NCBI GenBank assembly: GCA_036735625.1
Contig: DAINOA010000001.1
Location: forward strand, 19,517-83,516
From: Planktosalinus sp.
GTDB lineage: Bacteria; Bacteroidota; Bacteroidia; Flavobacteriales; Flavobacteriaceae
Direction: 5' to 3'
Length of the DNA stretch: 64,000 bases
Under the pieces are notes generated by a model that worked only from the letters and a program-made list of their open reading frames with translations, was not told the DNA's origin and did not search any database. Of the stretch, positions 19,407-29,439 are shown piece after piece (position 1 is the stretch's first letter; every line of letters begins with the position of its first letter). The position numbers were made by a program, and so were the translations under genes.

Positions 19407-19485
19407 AACGCCCAAAACATAAATTTAATCTTAAGGCACAGGTGATTAAAGGGCGAATCGCCAAAACCTTAAAAAACAAAAAATA

Positions 19486-20142
19486 ATGAAATCAATTACA
19501 ATTAAAGGATCTCAAAGAGAAAGCGTAGGCAAAGTAGCAACTAAGGCCTTACGTAATGCTGGAAAGGTACCCTGCGTAGTTTACGGAGGAGACAAACCAA
19601 TTCACTTTTCAGCTGAAACATTAGCATTTAAAGACTTGGTTTACACTCCAGATGTACACACAGTAGTAATTGCTTTAGAAGATGGCTCAAAAATCAATGC
19701 CATTTTACAGGATATTCAATTTCACCCTGTTACAGACAACATCATCCATGTTGACTTCTATCAGATTTTTGACGATAAGGAAATTACCCTAGAAATCCCT
19801 GTAAGGGTTGTTGGTAACTCTCGTGGAGTTAGAAATGGTGGGGTTTTACGCGTTCCAAGACGAAAACTAAAAGTAAAAGCAATCCCTGCTGATCTTCCAG
19901 ATTTTATAGAGGCAGATATCACTGAACTTAAAATCGGAAGCAAATTATATGTTACTGAACTTAAAAGTGAAGGATACAAAATCATGCATCCAGACAATAC
20001 AGTAGTAGCTCAAGTGAGAACTTCGCGAGTCGCTGTGGCTGATGTTGAAGAAGAAGAAGGAGAAGAAGGAGCCGAAAGTGCTGAAGGTGAAACTGCAGCT
20101 GCTGAAGGTGCAAACACTGAGGAGACTCCGGCATCTGAATAA
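19486..20142 (+). CDS. rplY: 50S ribosomal protein L25 / general stress protein Ctc
   Basis: [16 protein letters not shown]...IIHVDF, GV..GG; acidic C-terminal tail; prs-rplY-pth synteny. Confidence 0.95.
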   Translation: MKSITIKGSQRESVGKVATKALRNAGKVPCVVYGGDKPIHFSAETLAFKDLVYTPDVHTVVIALEDGSKINAILQDIQFHPVTDNIIHVDFYQIFDDKEITLEIPVRVVGNSRGVRNGGVLRVPRRKLKVKAIPADLPDFIEADITELKIGSKLYVTELKSEGYKIMHPDNTVVAQVRTSRVAVADVEEEEGEEGAESAEGETAAAEGANTEETPASE

Positions 20143-20169
20143 ATTTTCAATGCATTTTGAATTTATAGG

Positions 20170-20196
20170 AAACCCCCACAAGTTGGGGGTTTTTTT
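20170..20196 (+). terminator. Intrinsic terminator of rplY
   Basis: AAACCCCCA-CAAGT-TGGGGGTTT plus T run. Confidence 0.85.
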
Positions 20197-20217
20197 ATAT
20201 TTTTACAAAAAAAACAA

Positions 20218-20850
20218 ATGCTACCATTTTTTGGACGACTCTTATCAAAAAAGAAAAGCAACACCCTTGAAGAAAGTGACCCCATGAAGAAGTTTCTAAT
20301 TGTTGGCCTGGGAAATATAGGTCCAAAATATGAAAATACCCGCCACAACATCGGTTTTAAAATTCTTGACCGCTTTGCTTATAATGAAAATCTCGCTTTT
20401 GAACCCGCAAAACTAGGTGACATCACAACTCATAAAATCAAAGGCCGAAGTTTACTACTACTCAAGCCCAGCACCTATATGAACCTGAGCGGAAAAGCAA
20501 TCCTCTACTGGCTTCAAAAAGAAAAAATTCCTTTGGAAAACTTATTGGTCATAACAGATGATCTCAACCTTCCTTTTGGAACCATCAGAGTGAAAACCAA
20601 AGGAAGCGACGGTGGACACAATGGACTAAAAGACACGCAACTGCAACTGGGAACAACCACTTACAATCGTTTTCGGTTTGGAATTGATAATGAATTTGGC
20701 AGAAGAAGTCAAGTTGATTTTGTACTGGGTGAATGGGAACCCGAAGAAGAAACCAAACTTCCGGAACGATTGGACAAATCCATCGAAGTCATAAAATCAT
20801 TTGTTCTTGCCGGCATCACAAACACTATGAATACTTTTAACGGAAAATAG
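20218..20850 (+). CDS. pth: Peptidyl-tRNA hydrolase
   Basis: IVGLGN.G..Y..TRHNIGF, KP.TYMNLSG, GSDGGHNGL; alternative start 20284. Confidence 0.96.
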   Translation: MLPFFGRLLSKKKSNTLEESDPMKKFLIVGLGNIGPKYENTRHNIGFKILDRFAYNENLAFEPAKLGDITTHKIKGRSLLLLKPSTYMNLSGKAILYWLQKEKIPLENLLVITDDLNLPFGTIRVKTKGSDGGHNGLKDTQLQLGTTTYNRFRFGIDNEFGRRSQVDFVLGEWEPEEETKLPERLDKSIEVIKSFVLAGITNTMNTFNGK

Positions 20851-20854
20851 CCCA

Positions 20855-21790
20855 GTGAAAGTCCACCATTCCATAACAGATTATAAAAACAACTCCCAAT
20901 CTGTCATCACCATTGGCACTTTTGATGGTGTTCACATAGGCCATAGAGAAATCCTGAAAAAACTCACTTCAGAAGCTGAAAAACTCAATCTGGAATCGGT
21001 AATACTTACTTTTTTTCCACATCCAAGAATGGTTTTGCAAAAAGAAAGCGATATCAAACTCATCAACACCATAGATGAACGTGTTTCCATTTTTTCAAAA
21101 ACAGAGCTCGATCACCTCATTATTCATCCGTTTACAAAAGAATTTGCAAACCTTTCGGCGGAAGCCTTTGTGAAAAATATTCTGGTTGATAGTCTAAATG
21201 TCAAAAAAATAATCATTGGTTATGACCACCGTTTTGGAAAAAACCGAAGTGCCAACATAGACGATCTGAAAAAATTTGGCAAACTACACCATTTTGAAGT
21301 TCAGGAAATATCAGCGCAAGAGCTAGATGATGTTGCTGTGAGTTCAACCAAAATTAGAAAAGCATTGGACCGTGGTGACTTAGAAACTGCAAATAATTAC
21401 CTCAGTTACCCCTTTATGCTAAACGGCACCATTGTAAAAGGAAAAGGAATCGGAAGAACAATTAACTTCCCCACCGCAAATCTGCACATTGTAGAGACCT
21501 ACAAACTCATCCCAAAAAATGGGGTGTATATCGTTAAAACTGTTATAGATAATGAAGAAGTTTTTGGTATCATGAGCATCGGTACAAACCCCACTGTGGG
21601 AGGAAAAAACAGAACAATCGAAACCTATTTTCTGGATATTGAAAAAGACCTCTATGGCAAAAAAATTATCATTGAAATGCTTTCAAAAATAAGGGAAGAA
21701 GATACTTTTGACTCTCTGGAGTCTCTACAATATGCTATTACAAATGATGAGGCTTTCGCCCGAAAATACATAGCAAACTATGGTCAATAA
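20855..21790 (+). CDS. ribF: Bifunctional riboflavin kinase / FAD synthetase
   Basis: IGTFDGVHIGH, GYDHRFG, SSTKIR, FPTANL, IG.NPT; GTG start. Confidence 0.95.
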   Translation: MKVHHSITDYKNNSQSVITIGTFDGVHIGHREILKKLTSEAEKLNLESVILTFFPHPRMVLQKESDIKLINTIDERVSIFSKTELDHLIIHPFTKEFANLSAEAFVKNILVDSLNVKKIIIGYDHRFGKNRSANIDDLKKFGKLHHFEVQEISAQELDDVAVSSTKIRKALDRGDLETANNYLSYPFMLNGTIVKGKGIGRTINFPTANLHIVETYKLIPKNGVYIVKTVIDNEEVFGIMSIGTNPTVGGKNRTIETYFLDIEKDLYGKKIIIEMLSKIREEDTFDSLESLQYAITNDEAFARKYIANYGQ

Positions 21791-23099
21791 ATTATTATTC
21801 AAACACATCGACAACAGCGGGCTCGTTGTTTTTAGGGTTGTTTTTGGCTTATTGATTACTTTGGAAGCCTTTGGTGCCATTGCCACAGGATGGGTGAGAC
21901 AAGTACTTGTTGAGCCCGCGTTTACCTTTTCTTTTATTGGCCTGGAGTGGCTGCAACCCCTGCCGGGCGAAGGAATGTACTATTACTTTGCCTTGATGGG
22001 TGTGTTTGGGATTATGTTGATGATAGGCTACAAATACCGCCTTGCAGCTTTTGCTTATACCATATTATGGGCCGGTGTCTATTTTATGCAAAAATCGGCT
22101 TACAACAACCATTATTACCTGATGCTTTTATTGTTAGGTTTTATGAGTGTGCTTCCCGCAAACAAGTGGTTTTCGCTTGACGCGAAATACAACCCGGAAA
22201 TTAAAGCCCCCTCCATGCCTCAATGGTGTGCACTAGTTATTATTCTACAAGTTTGGATTGTTTATACCTATGCGTCTATCGCAAAAATATACCCAGACTG
22301 GCTTGATGCCTCGATGGCGCAAATACTCATGAGTGGAAAGGCCAACTACTGGTTAATCGGGGATATTTTACAACAAACCTGGGTGCACTGGTCTATTGCT
22401 TACACCGGGATTTTGTTTGACCTGCTCATCGTCCCGCTATTGCTATGGAAACGCACACGAATGCTGGGGTTTGTCATTTCCATTTTCTTTCATTTATTCA
22501 ACTCCATCGTGTTTCAAATTGGTATTTTTCCATATATGTCCATTGCCTTTGCGCTGTTTTTCTTTACACCCAAAACTGTACAAAGACGTTTTTTACCCAA
22601 AAAGAAATTCTATGACAAAGCAGAAATTATCGTTCCAGCTTATAAAAAAACACTAATTACGCTTTTTTCAATTTATTTTATCATTCAAATTGGTTTGCCG
22701 CTGCGTCATTGGGCAATTGAAGACAATGTGCTTTGGACCGAAGAAGGACACCGCCTCAGTTGGCGTATGATGCTACGCACCAAATCTGGCTCTGTCAAAG
22801 TCACTGTTAAAGATAAGAACACAGGTGAGGAGTTTCGCATAAATATTTATGAAGAGCTTTCTACTAAACAACGCAGAGGCTTGGCCACCAAGCCTGATTA
22901 TATGTGGCAATATGCACAACGATTAAAAAAGCGCTATGCAGAAAGAGGCAAAGATGTTGCTGTTTATTTTGATACTCGAGTGAGTGTCAACAAAAGACCA
23001 ATGGCTCCATTAATAAACCCCGAAGTAGATCTCGCGGCAGAAAAATGGAATCACTTTAAACACCACAAATGGATTATGCCTGCTCCGGAGGGATTGTAA
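21780..23099 (+). CDS. HTTM-domain protein (vitamin K-dependent gamma-carboxylase-like)
   Basis: YNNHYYL, YTYASIAKIYPDWL, FH..N...F.IGIFP, SWRMMLR; multiple TM segments; overlaps the ribF stop. Confidence 0.85.
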   Translation: MVNKLLFKHIDNSGLVVFRVVFGLLITLEAFGAIATGWVRQVLVEPAFTFSFIGLEWLQPLPGEGMYYYFALMGVFGIMLMIGYKYRLAAFAYTILWAGVYFMQKSAYNNHYYLMLLLLGFMSVLPANKWFSLDAKYNPEIKAPSMPQWCALVIILQVWIVYTYASIAKIYPDWLDASMAQILMSGKANYWLIGDILQQTWVHWSIAYTGILFDLLIVPLLLWKRTRMLGFVISIFFHLFNSIVFQIGIFPYMSIAFALFFFTPKTVQRRFLPKKKFYDKAEIIVPAYKKTLITLFSIYFIIQIGLPLRHWAIEDNVLWTEEGHRLSWRMMLRTKSGSVKVTVKDKNTGEEFRINIYEELSTKQRRGLATKPDYMWQYAQRLKKRYAERGKDVAVYFDTRVSVNKRPMAPLINPEVDLAAEKWNHFKHHKWIMPAPEGL

Positions 23100-23105
23100 G
23101 GACTT

Positions 23106-23120
23106 AAGCCTATTAGGTTT
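23106..23120. repeat. Single AAGCCT-N3-AGGTTT palindrome unit
   Basis: AAGCCTATTAGGTTT; same arms as 63958-63972 and same architecture as 4775-4807. Confidence 0.5.
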
Positions 23121-23142
23121 GTTCAAAATGATATAAATAAAA

Positions 23143-23182
23143 ATCAGCTAATATCAGCAAAATCTGCGTCATCAGCGTGCTA
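23143..23182. repeat. Four ATC(A/T)GC units at 9-10 nt spacing
   Basis: ATCAGC 23143, ATCAGC 23153, ATCTGC 23162, ATCAGC 23171. Confidence 0.6.
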
Positions 23183-23248
23183 TAATCTATAGATTGAAAA
23201 AATAGTATTTATCATTTCTAAAACACAAACCCTTTACTTCTATTTCAC

Positions 23249-23256
23249 TAAATTTG
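23249..23256 (+). promoter_or_regulatory. -7 promoter element (TAAATTTG) for serS
   Basis: Exact consensus 18 nt upstream of ATG 23275. Confidence 0.65.
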
Positions 23257-23274
23257 CCCTTTCAAACCAATACT

Positions 23275-24546
23275 ATGTTACAAGTTACAGACATTCGCGA
23301 CCACAAAGAGGCATACATCACCGCTTTGCAAAAAAGAAACATCAATGCCGCCCCTCTTTTTGAGGAGGTGTTGCAAACAGATGAAACCCGAAGAAGCACA
23401 CAGGCAAAACTGGATAACATCCTGGCAGAATCCAACAAGATTTCGAAGGAAATCGGGCAGTTGTTTCAATCAGGAAAAGCTAATGAAGCCAATGCTCTAA
23501 AAGAAAAAACAGCCCAATTTAAAGAAGATTCCAAAGTGCTTCAGGAAGAATTGAACCTGGCGGTTGAAACCTTGCAACAATTGCTTTACAATATACCAAA
23601 CATCCCAAATACTTTAGTTCCCACCGGAAGCAGTGAAGACGATAATGAAGAAGTCTTTCGCGCAGGCGAAATTCCAAAACTATCCGAAGGCGCACTGCCC
23701 CATTGGGAACTCGCAAAAAAATATGACATCATCGATTTTGAGCTAGGCAATAAAATCACGGGAGCCGGTTTTCCGGTTTATAAGGGAAAAGGTGCCAGAT
23801 TGCAACGCGCTTTAATTGCTTACTTTCTCGATAAAAACACTGCTGCTGGATATACTGAATATCAAGTGCCGCATTTAGTAAATGAAGCCTCCGGTTTTGG
23901 AACAGGGCAATTGCCAGATAAAGAAGGGCAAATGTATCACGTTGGTATTGATAATTTATATCTTATCCCCACTGCTGAGGTACCGGTAACAAATATCTTT
24001 CGCGATGAAATCCTTCAGGCAAAAGACCTGCCGGTTTTGTGTACAGGCTACACGCCCTGTTTTAGAAGAGAAGCAGGAAGTTATGGTGCTCACGTGCGCG
24101 GATTAAACCGTTTGCACCAATTTGATAAAGTGGAAATCGTGCGAATTGAGCATCCCTCAAACTCATACAAAGCCCTTGATGGAATGGTGGAACACGTGAA
24201 AGAAATCCTTAACGAACTCCAACTTCCATACCGCATTTTAAGACTTTGTGGTGGTGATTTGGGTTTTACTTCAGCCCTTACTTATGATTTTGAAGTATTT
24301 TCAACCGCACAAGACCGTTGGCTGGAAATTTCATCGGTATCCAATTTTGAAACTTTTCAAGCCAACCGATTGAAACTGCGCTTCAAAGATGAAAATGGAA
24401 AAAACCAGCTGGCACACACCTTAAATGGAAGTGCCTTGGCATTACCTAGAGTACTTGCCGGAATTCTGGAAAACTATCAAACTACTGATGGTATTAAAAT
24501 TCCTGAGGTGTTAGTTCCTTTTTGTGGGTTTGATATAATTGATTAA
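23275..24546 (+). CDS. serS: Serine--tRNA ligase
   Basis: Coiled-coil arm, GTGQLP, LIPTAEVP, CFRREAGS, R.HQF.KVE, EISS.SN, HTLNGS; start moved to MLQVT. Confidence 0.97.
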   Translation: MLQVTDIRDHKEAYITALQKRNINAAPLFEEVLQTDETRRSTQAKLDNILAESNKISKEIGQLFQSGKANEANALKEKTAQFKEDSKVLQEELNLAVETLQQLLYNIPNIPNTLVPTGSSEDDNEEVFRAGEIPKLSEGALPHWELAKKYDIIDFELGNKITGAGFPVYKGKGARLQRALIAYFLDKNTAAGYTEYQVPHLVNEASGFGTGQLPDKEGQMYHVGIDNLYLIPTAEVPVTNIFRDEILQAKDLPVLCTGYTPCFRREAGSYGAHVRGLNRLHQFDKVEIVRIEHPSNSYKALDGMVEHVKEILNELQLPYRILRLCGGDLGFTSALTYDFEVFSTAQDRWLEISSVSNFETFQANRLKLRFKDENGKNQLAHTLNGSALALPRVLAGILENYQTTDGIKIPEVLVPFCGFDIID

Positions 24547-24603
24547 CATATTATAAATACTTTCTCAATCCACATTTTGCTATATTTACCAAAAAGTAAC
24601 AAA

Positions 24604-26385
24604 ATGCGTTTTACCCTTTGCCTCCTTCTATTTTGTTTTAGTTTGGTTTCATTCTCTCAAAATGAAAACCTGGCTAAAAATTATTTTGACAGAGGTGATT
24701 TTGAAAAAGCGTTGCCCATTTACAAAGCACTTTTTGAAAACAATCAAAACCGAAATGACTATTTCCTTTCTTATATAGCCACACTGCAGCAACTTGAAAA
24801 TTTTGAAGAAAGTCAAAAATTACTTCAGGACCGACTCACATTAACAAGAAATCATCCCTTGTTTTTAATTGAAATGGGTAGAAATTACCTCATTCAAAAT
24901 CAAAATGATGAAGCAGACACCTATTTTCAACAAGCGATACAGACCATTGATGAAAACCCGAGAATCACCTATACTGTTGCCAATTCCTTTGAAAAATACA
25001 GTTTGCTGGACCTGGCAGTAAGTGCCTATGAAAAAGGAGCCTCACTTGACGAAAACCTAAATTTTGACAGTCAGTTGGCACGCATTTATGGGGAACAAGG
25101 CGATTTAGAGAAAATGTTTGACAGCTATTTGAGGATTATAGAAAGAAATCCCTCGTTTTTAATTTCTGCCCAGCGCAATTTCAGTCGGTATGTAACAGAT
25201 GACCCTCAAAACGATGCCAATGATTTGTTGCGTAAGGCGCTTTTGAGGCGCTCTCAAAACAACCCGGACTTATTTTACAACCAGTTACTCAGTTGGTTGT
25301 TTGTACAGCAAAAACAATATGACAGAGCTTTTGTACAAGAAAAAGCCATTTTCAATCGCACCTTTGAAAGCCTCAATGAAATGATGGAATTGGCTTTAAT
25401 AGCCCTCGATGATGAAGCCTTTGAAATATCAAACGAAATTTTATCTTATATCATCGAAAACAGCACTTCAGAGAGAGACCGTCTGCAAGCCTTCCAATAT
25501 AAAATGAAAATTGAAGTAAAAACGGCCAAAAAAGAAACCTTCTCTGAGGTCGAAAAAAAATATGAAAATTTGATTTCTGTTTTTGGCGAAGACACCAAGA
25601 CTTTTGAAATACAACTCGATTACAATCACTTTTTAGCCTTTCAAAACAATAAAAAGCAAGTCGCTATAGAAAATCTTAAAAAATTAAGTCGGGAGAATCT
25701 GAGCAGATATCAAGAGGCTCGAGTTCTTATGGAGCTGGCAGACATACTTGTGTTTGACGAAAAGTTTAATGAAGCACTTATTTACTATTCCCAGATTCAG
25801 AATAAAGTTAAAAATGACCCCATAGCACAAGAAGCCCGTTTTAAAGTAGCGCGCACCAGTTACTTTAAAGGAGATTTTGAATGGGCACAAACACAGCTTG
25901 ATATTCTAAAAAAATCAACTTCCCAACTCATCGCCAATGATGCCATGGAACTCAGTTTACTCATCAGTGACAACTCACTGGAAGACACTTTGCAAACCGC
26001 TTTAAAAAAATACGCCCGTGCAGACTTGTTAGACTTGCAAGGGAAACATCAGGAGGCTATTACCATTCTGGACGACATTTTGCAAAATCACAAAGCAGAA
26101 GCAATTGAAGACGAAGCCTTGCTCAAGCAAGCTCAAATTTTTGAAAAAACCGAGCAATATGACAAGGCAATAGCAAACTATTTAAAAATCATTGAATTTC
26201 ACAATGAAGACATTCTCACAGACAACGCCTATTTTTACCTGGCAGAATTATACAACAAAACCCTGCAACAACCTGAAAAAGCAAAAGAATTTTATGAGCA
26301 AATCATTTTTAACCATCAGGATTCCATCTATTTTGTAGAAGCCAGAAAGCAATACCGAAGCATTAGAGGAGACGCTATAAATTAA
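24604..26385 (+). CDS. Tetratricopeptide repeat protein, secreted
   Basis: Signal peptide ending SFSQ; repeated TPR helices (A..YF..GDFEKA, KAI..Y.KII); start moved to MRFTL. Confidence 0.85.
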   Translation: MRFTLCLLLFCFSLVSFSQNENLAKNYFDRGDFEKALPIYKALFENNQNRNDYFLSYIATLQQLENFEESQKLLQDRLTLTRNHPLFLIEMGRNYLIQNQNDEADTYFQQAIQTIDENPRITYTVANSFEKYSLLDLAVSAYEKGASLDENLNFDSQLARIYGEQGDLEKMFDSYLRIIERNPSFLISAQRNFSRYVTDDPQNDANDLLRKALLRRSQNNPDLFYNQLLSWLFVQQKQYDRAFVQEKAIFNRTFESLNEMMELALIALDDEAFEISNEILSYIIENSTSERDRLQAFQYKMKIEVKTAKKETFSEVEKKYENLISVFGEDTKTFEIQLDYNHFLAFQNNKKQVAIENLKKLSRENLSRYQEARVLMELADILVFDEKFNEALIYYSQIQNKVKNDPIAQEARFKVARTSYFKGDFEWAQTQLDILKKSTSQLIANDAMELSLLISDNSLEDTLQTALKKYARADLLDLQGKHQEAITILDDILQNHKAEAIEDEALLKQAQIFEKTEQYDKAIANYLKIIEFHNEDILTDNAYFYLAELYNKTLQQPEKAKEFYEQIIFNHQDSIYFVEARKQYRSIRGDAIN

Positions 26386-26388
26386 AAA

Positions 26389-26421
26389 GCCCCCTCCCAA
26401 CCTCCCCCGAAGGTGGAGGAG
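26389..26421 (+). repeat. C-rich REP-like element with GAA-loop hairpin
   Basis: GCCCCCTCCCAA-CCTCCCCC GAA GGTGGAGG-AG; related copies at 62522 and (inverted) 62611. Confidence 0.7.
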
Positions 26422-26428
26422 ATAAAAA

Positions 26429-26453
26429 GTACAGGCGCAATATCTTGCGCCTC
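26429..26453 (+). repeat. GTAG-type REP-like hairpin
   Basis: GTAC-AGGCGCAA-TATC-TTGCGCCT-C: tetranucleotide foot plus 8-bp perfect stem. Confidence 0.65.
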
Positions 26454-26468
26454 AACCAAATCAAGAAA

Positions 26469-26795
26469 ATGAAATCCACTCATATCTACAACGTCACCAT
26501 AAACATTGAAGAAGATATTCACGACCGCTGGTTACTTTGGATGAAAGAGGAACACATCCCGGACATGCTGGCCACCGGAAAATTCAGCGCTGCGAAAATG
26601 TGTCGCGTTCTGGTGGAAGAAGAAATGGGCGGACTCACTTATGCCGTGCAATACACTACAGACAGTAAAGAAACATTGGAAAAATACTACCGTGAAGACG
26701 CAGACCGCCTGCGTTCAAAAAGCGCTATTTTTGCCGGAAAATTTGTCGCGTTCAGAACAGAGCTTCAAATCATTAGTGAACACACATCCGGATGA
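26469..26795 (+). CDS. DUF4286 family protein
   Basis: IYNVT.N.....H..WL.WM...HIP.ML.TGKF, TYAVQY, FVAFRT.L; start moved to MKSTH. Confidence 0.82.
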   Translation: MKSTHIYNVTINIEEDIHDRWLLWMKEEHIPDMLATGKFSAAKMCRVLVEEEMGGLTYAVQYTTDSKETLEKYYREDADRLRSKSAIFAGKFVAFRTELQIISEHTSG

Positions 26796-27667
26796 GAAAA
26801 TTTTATAAGAAAGAACAAAGAGCAAAAAACACAAACAGCACTTCAGAGGGAACTAATGAAAGTGAAGTAAGTGCAAAAAAGCACTTAGGTCAACATTTCT
26901 TAAAAGATGAACACATCGCTCAAAAAATAGCCGATACACTCACTTTAAAAGGCTATAAACACGTCCTCGAGATTGGTCCGGGAATGGGCGTGCTTACCAA
27001 ATACCTCATTCACAAAGACATCGACCTCATTGCGATGGACATCGATACAGAGTCTGTCTCTTACTTAAATTCCAGTTTTATAGCTCAACACCGTGAACTG
27101 CTAAAAAACAAAAACTTTCAGGTTGCAGAAGCCGATTTTTTAAAAATTGACTTATCACATTACTACAGAGATACTCCTTATGCAATCATCGGGAATTTTC
27201 CATACAATATCTCCACCCAAATCGTTTTTAAAATGCTGGAATGGAGACATCAAATACCGGAATTTACGGGTATGTTCCAAAAAGAAGTTGCTCAGCGTAT
27301 TTGTGAAGAACCGGGCAGTAAAGCTTATGGAATTCTTTCGGTTTTGGTTCAGGCATTTTATGAGGCAGAATACCTCTTCACTGTTCCGCCTTCTGTTTTT
27401 AATCCCCCGCCAAAAGTGGATAGTGGCGTGCTTAGACTCATCAGAAAAGATGATTTTTCACTTCCTTGCAATGAAAAATTATTTTTCACAATTGTAAAAA
27501 CCGCTTTCGGTCAACGCCGAAAAACATTGAGAAACAGTTTAAAGTCTTTCGCATTAAGCGAAAATTTAAAAGAAGATACTATCTTTGACAAACGTCCGGA
27601 GCAATTGGGTTTTGAAGCCTTTATTGCCTTAACCCAAAAGATAGAAAGCGATGCAGTTTCAAATTAG
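26792..27667 (+). CDS. rsmA: 16S rRNA A1518/A1519 dimethyltransferase KsgA
   Basis: [51 protein letters not shown]. Confidence 0.96.
   Translation: MRKFYKKEQRAKNTNSTSEGTNESEVSAKKHLGQHFLKDEHIAQKIADTLTLKGYKHVLEIGPGMGVLTKYLIHKDIDLIAMDIDTESVSYLNSSFIAQHRELLKNKNFQVAEADFLKIDLSHYYRDTPYAIIGNFPYNISTQIVFKMLEWRHQIPEFTGMFQKEVAQRICEEPGSKAYGILSVLVQAFYEAEYLFTVPPSVFNPPPKVDSGVLRLIRKDDFSLPCNEKLFFTIVKTAFGQRRKTLRNSLKSFALSENLKEDTIFDKRPEQLGFEAFIALTQKIESDAVSN
27580..27587 (+). promoter_or_regulatory. Possible internal -7 promoter (TATCTTTG) for mgtE, inside rsmA
   Basis: Exact consensus 63 nt upstream of the mgtE ATG. Confidence 0.45.
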
Positions 27668-29000
27668 TCCAGAACTTATTGAAAAAATCGAGCAACTTGT
27701 CGAAGAACAAAACGACAAGGAACTGCTAGCGCATCTTGAAGACCTTCACCACGCTGATATTGCCGAGATTCTCGATGAGCTGGATCTCGATGAATCTACT
27801 TACATCATCAAGCTGCTCGATAGCGAGAAAACGTCAGAAGTTCTAATGGAACTCGATGAAGGCGATCGCGAAAAAATTCTTGACAACCTCTCCTCCAAAG
27901 AAATTGCTGATGAGCTGGAAGAAATGGATACAGATGATGCCGCTGATATCATTGCAGAGTTATCTGAAGAGCGTCAGGAAGAGGTAATTTCAAACATTGA
28001 AGACCGCGAGCACGCTCAAGACATTCAAGAGCTCTTGCGATATGATGAAGACTCTGCCGGCGGATTAATGGCTAAAGAGCTTATCAAGGTTAGGGAGACC
28101 TGGACTGTTGCAGGTTGTGTGAGAGAAATGCGCAGGCAAGCAGAAAATGTTACGCGCGTTCATTCCATTTATGTGGTTGATAAAAGTGATAAGCTCATTG
28201 GAAGATTGTCTCTAAAAGATCTTTTGACAGTGCCGCCACAAACTAAAATATCAGAAATCTATATTCCTCGTGTTGATTTTGTTGATGTGCATACAGAGGG
28301 AGAAGAAGTCGCGCGCATTATGCAAAAATATGATCTGGAAGCCATTCCGGTGGTTGATGAAATTGGCAGATTGGTAGGCCGTGTTACTATTGATGATATT
28401 GTTGACTTTATCAAAGAAGAAGCAGAAAAAGATTACCAGCTCGCTGCCGGTATCTCACAAGACGTAGAAGCAGATGACAGTATCTGGCAATTATCAAAAG
28501 CACGTTTGCCATGGCTTGTTTTAGGCCTTTTTGGAGGGTTGGGTAGTGTGTACATTATGCAAGGATTTGATGAGGCTTTGGAGAGCTTTCCCATACTTTT
28601 TTTCTTTACGCCGCTTATTGCTGCTATGGCAGGAAATGTGGGGGTTCAATCGAGCGCCATCATTGTGCAGGGTCTTGCAAATGACAACATTAGAGGAAGT
28701 CTCTTTCATCGTTTATTAAAAGAAGTTGGCTTGAGTCTCCTCAATGGTGCCGCTCTGGCAGCACTCGTTTTCCTCTTTGGTTTAATTGTGGGTCAAGATG
28801 AATTAATCAGCTTGGCGATTGCGCTGTCTATGCTTCTGGTTATCATTGTTGCCGCACTTGTTGGGACTTTTGTACCCATCATACTTGATAAACGAGGTAT
28901 TGACCCGGCCATTGCTACCGGTCCTTTTATCACTACTTGTAATGATATATTCGGAATCTTTTTGTTTTTTTATATCTCCAAATTGATACTCGGTTTCTAA
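27651..29000 (+). CDS. mgtE: Magnesium transporter MgtE
   Basis: Acidic N domain, SAGGLM, CBS pair, [29 protein letters not shown]. Confidence 0.96.
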   Translation: MQFQISPELIEKIEQLVEEQNDKELLAHLEDLHHADIAEILDELDLDESTYIIKLLDSEKTSEVLMELDEGDREKILDNLSSKEIADELEEMDTDDAADIIAELSEERQEEVISNIEDREHAQDIQELLRYDEDSAGGLMAKELIKVRETWTVAGCVREMRRQAENVTRVHSIYVVDKSDKLIGRLSLKDLLTVPPQTKISEIYIPRVDFVDVHTEGEEVARIMQKYDLEAIPVVDEIGRLVGRVTIDDIVDFIKEEAEKDYQLAAGISQDVEADDSIWQLSKARLPWLVLGLFGGLGSVYIMQGFDEALESFPILFFFTPLIAAMAGNVGVQSSAIIVQGLANDNIRGSLFHRLLKEVGLSLLNGAALAALVFLFGLIVGQDELISLAIALSMLLVIIVAALVGTFVPIILDKRGIDPAIATGPFITTCNDIFGIFLFFYISKLILGF

Positions 29001-29028
29001 ACTTCAATCCAACTTATAGTTCAATATT

Positions 29029-29418
29029 TTGAATTACTTTAAATCTGAAATAACCGTTCCTAAAACTGCTATTGACACCCTAAAACACGTTAATAATGTA
29101 GTTTATTTACAATGGATTCAAGATGTTGCACAACAACATTGGATTGAAAGTACTGATATTGCTTTACGCAATAAAATTGCATGGGTGGTCGTGAATCATT
29201 TTATTGAATACAAAGCCCCCGCTTTTGAAAACGATGTTTTAATTTTGAAAACCTGGGTTGATAACTATAATGGTGTTACCAGTGAACGTCATACAGAAAT
29301 TCTTAGAAGAGCAGACCAAAAATTATTGGTTCAAGCCAAAACGGTTTGGTGTATGATTGATAAAGAAACCGGAAAGCCAATGCGGATTACTGAAAAACTT
29401 ATACAAGAATTACCATAA
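29029..29418 (+). CDS. Acyl-CoA thioesterase (4HBT/YbgC-like hot-dog fold)
   Basis: ID...HVNNVVY..W, IEY..PA, GKP.RI; TTG start. Confidence 0.85.
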   Translation: MNYFKSEITVPKTAIDTLKHVNNVVYLQWIQDVAQQHWIESTDIALRNKIAWVVVNHFIEYKAPAFENDVLILKTWVDNYNGVTSERHTEILRRADQKLLVQAKTVWCMIDKETGKPMRITEKLIQELP

Positions 29419-29439
29419 ATGTAATAAACATTTTTTATA

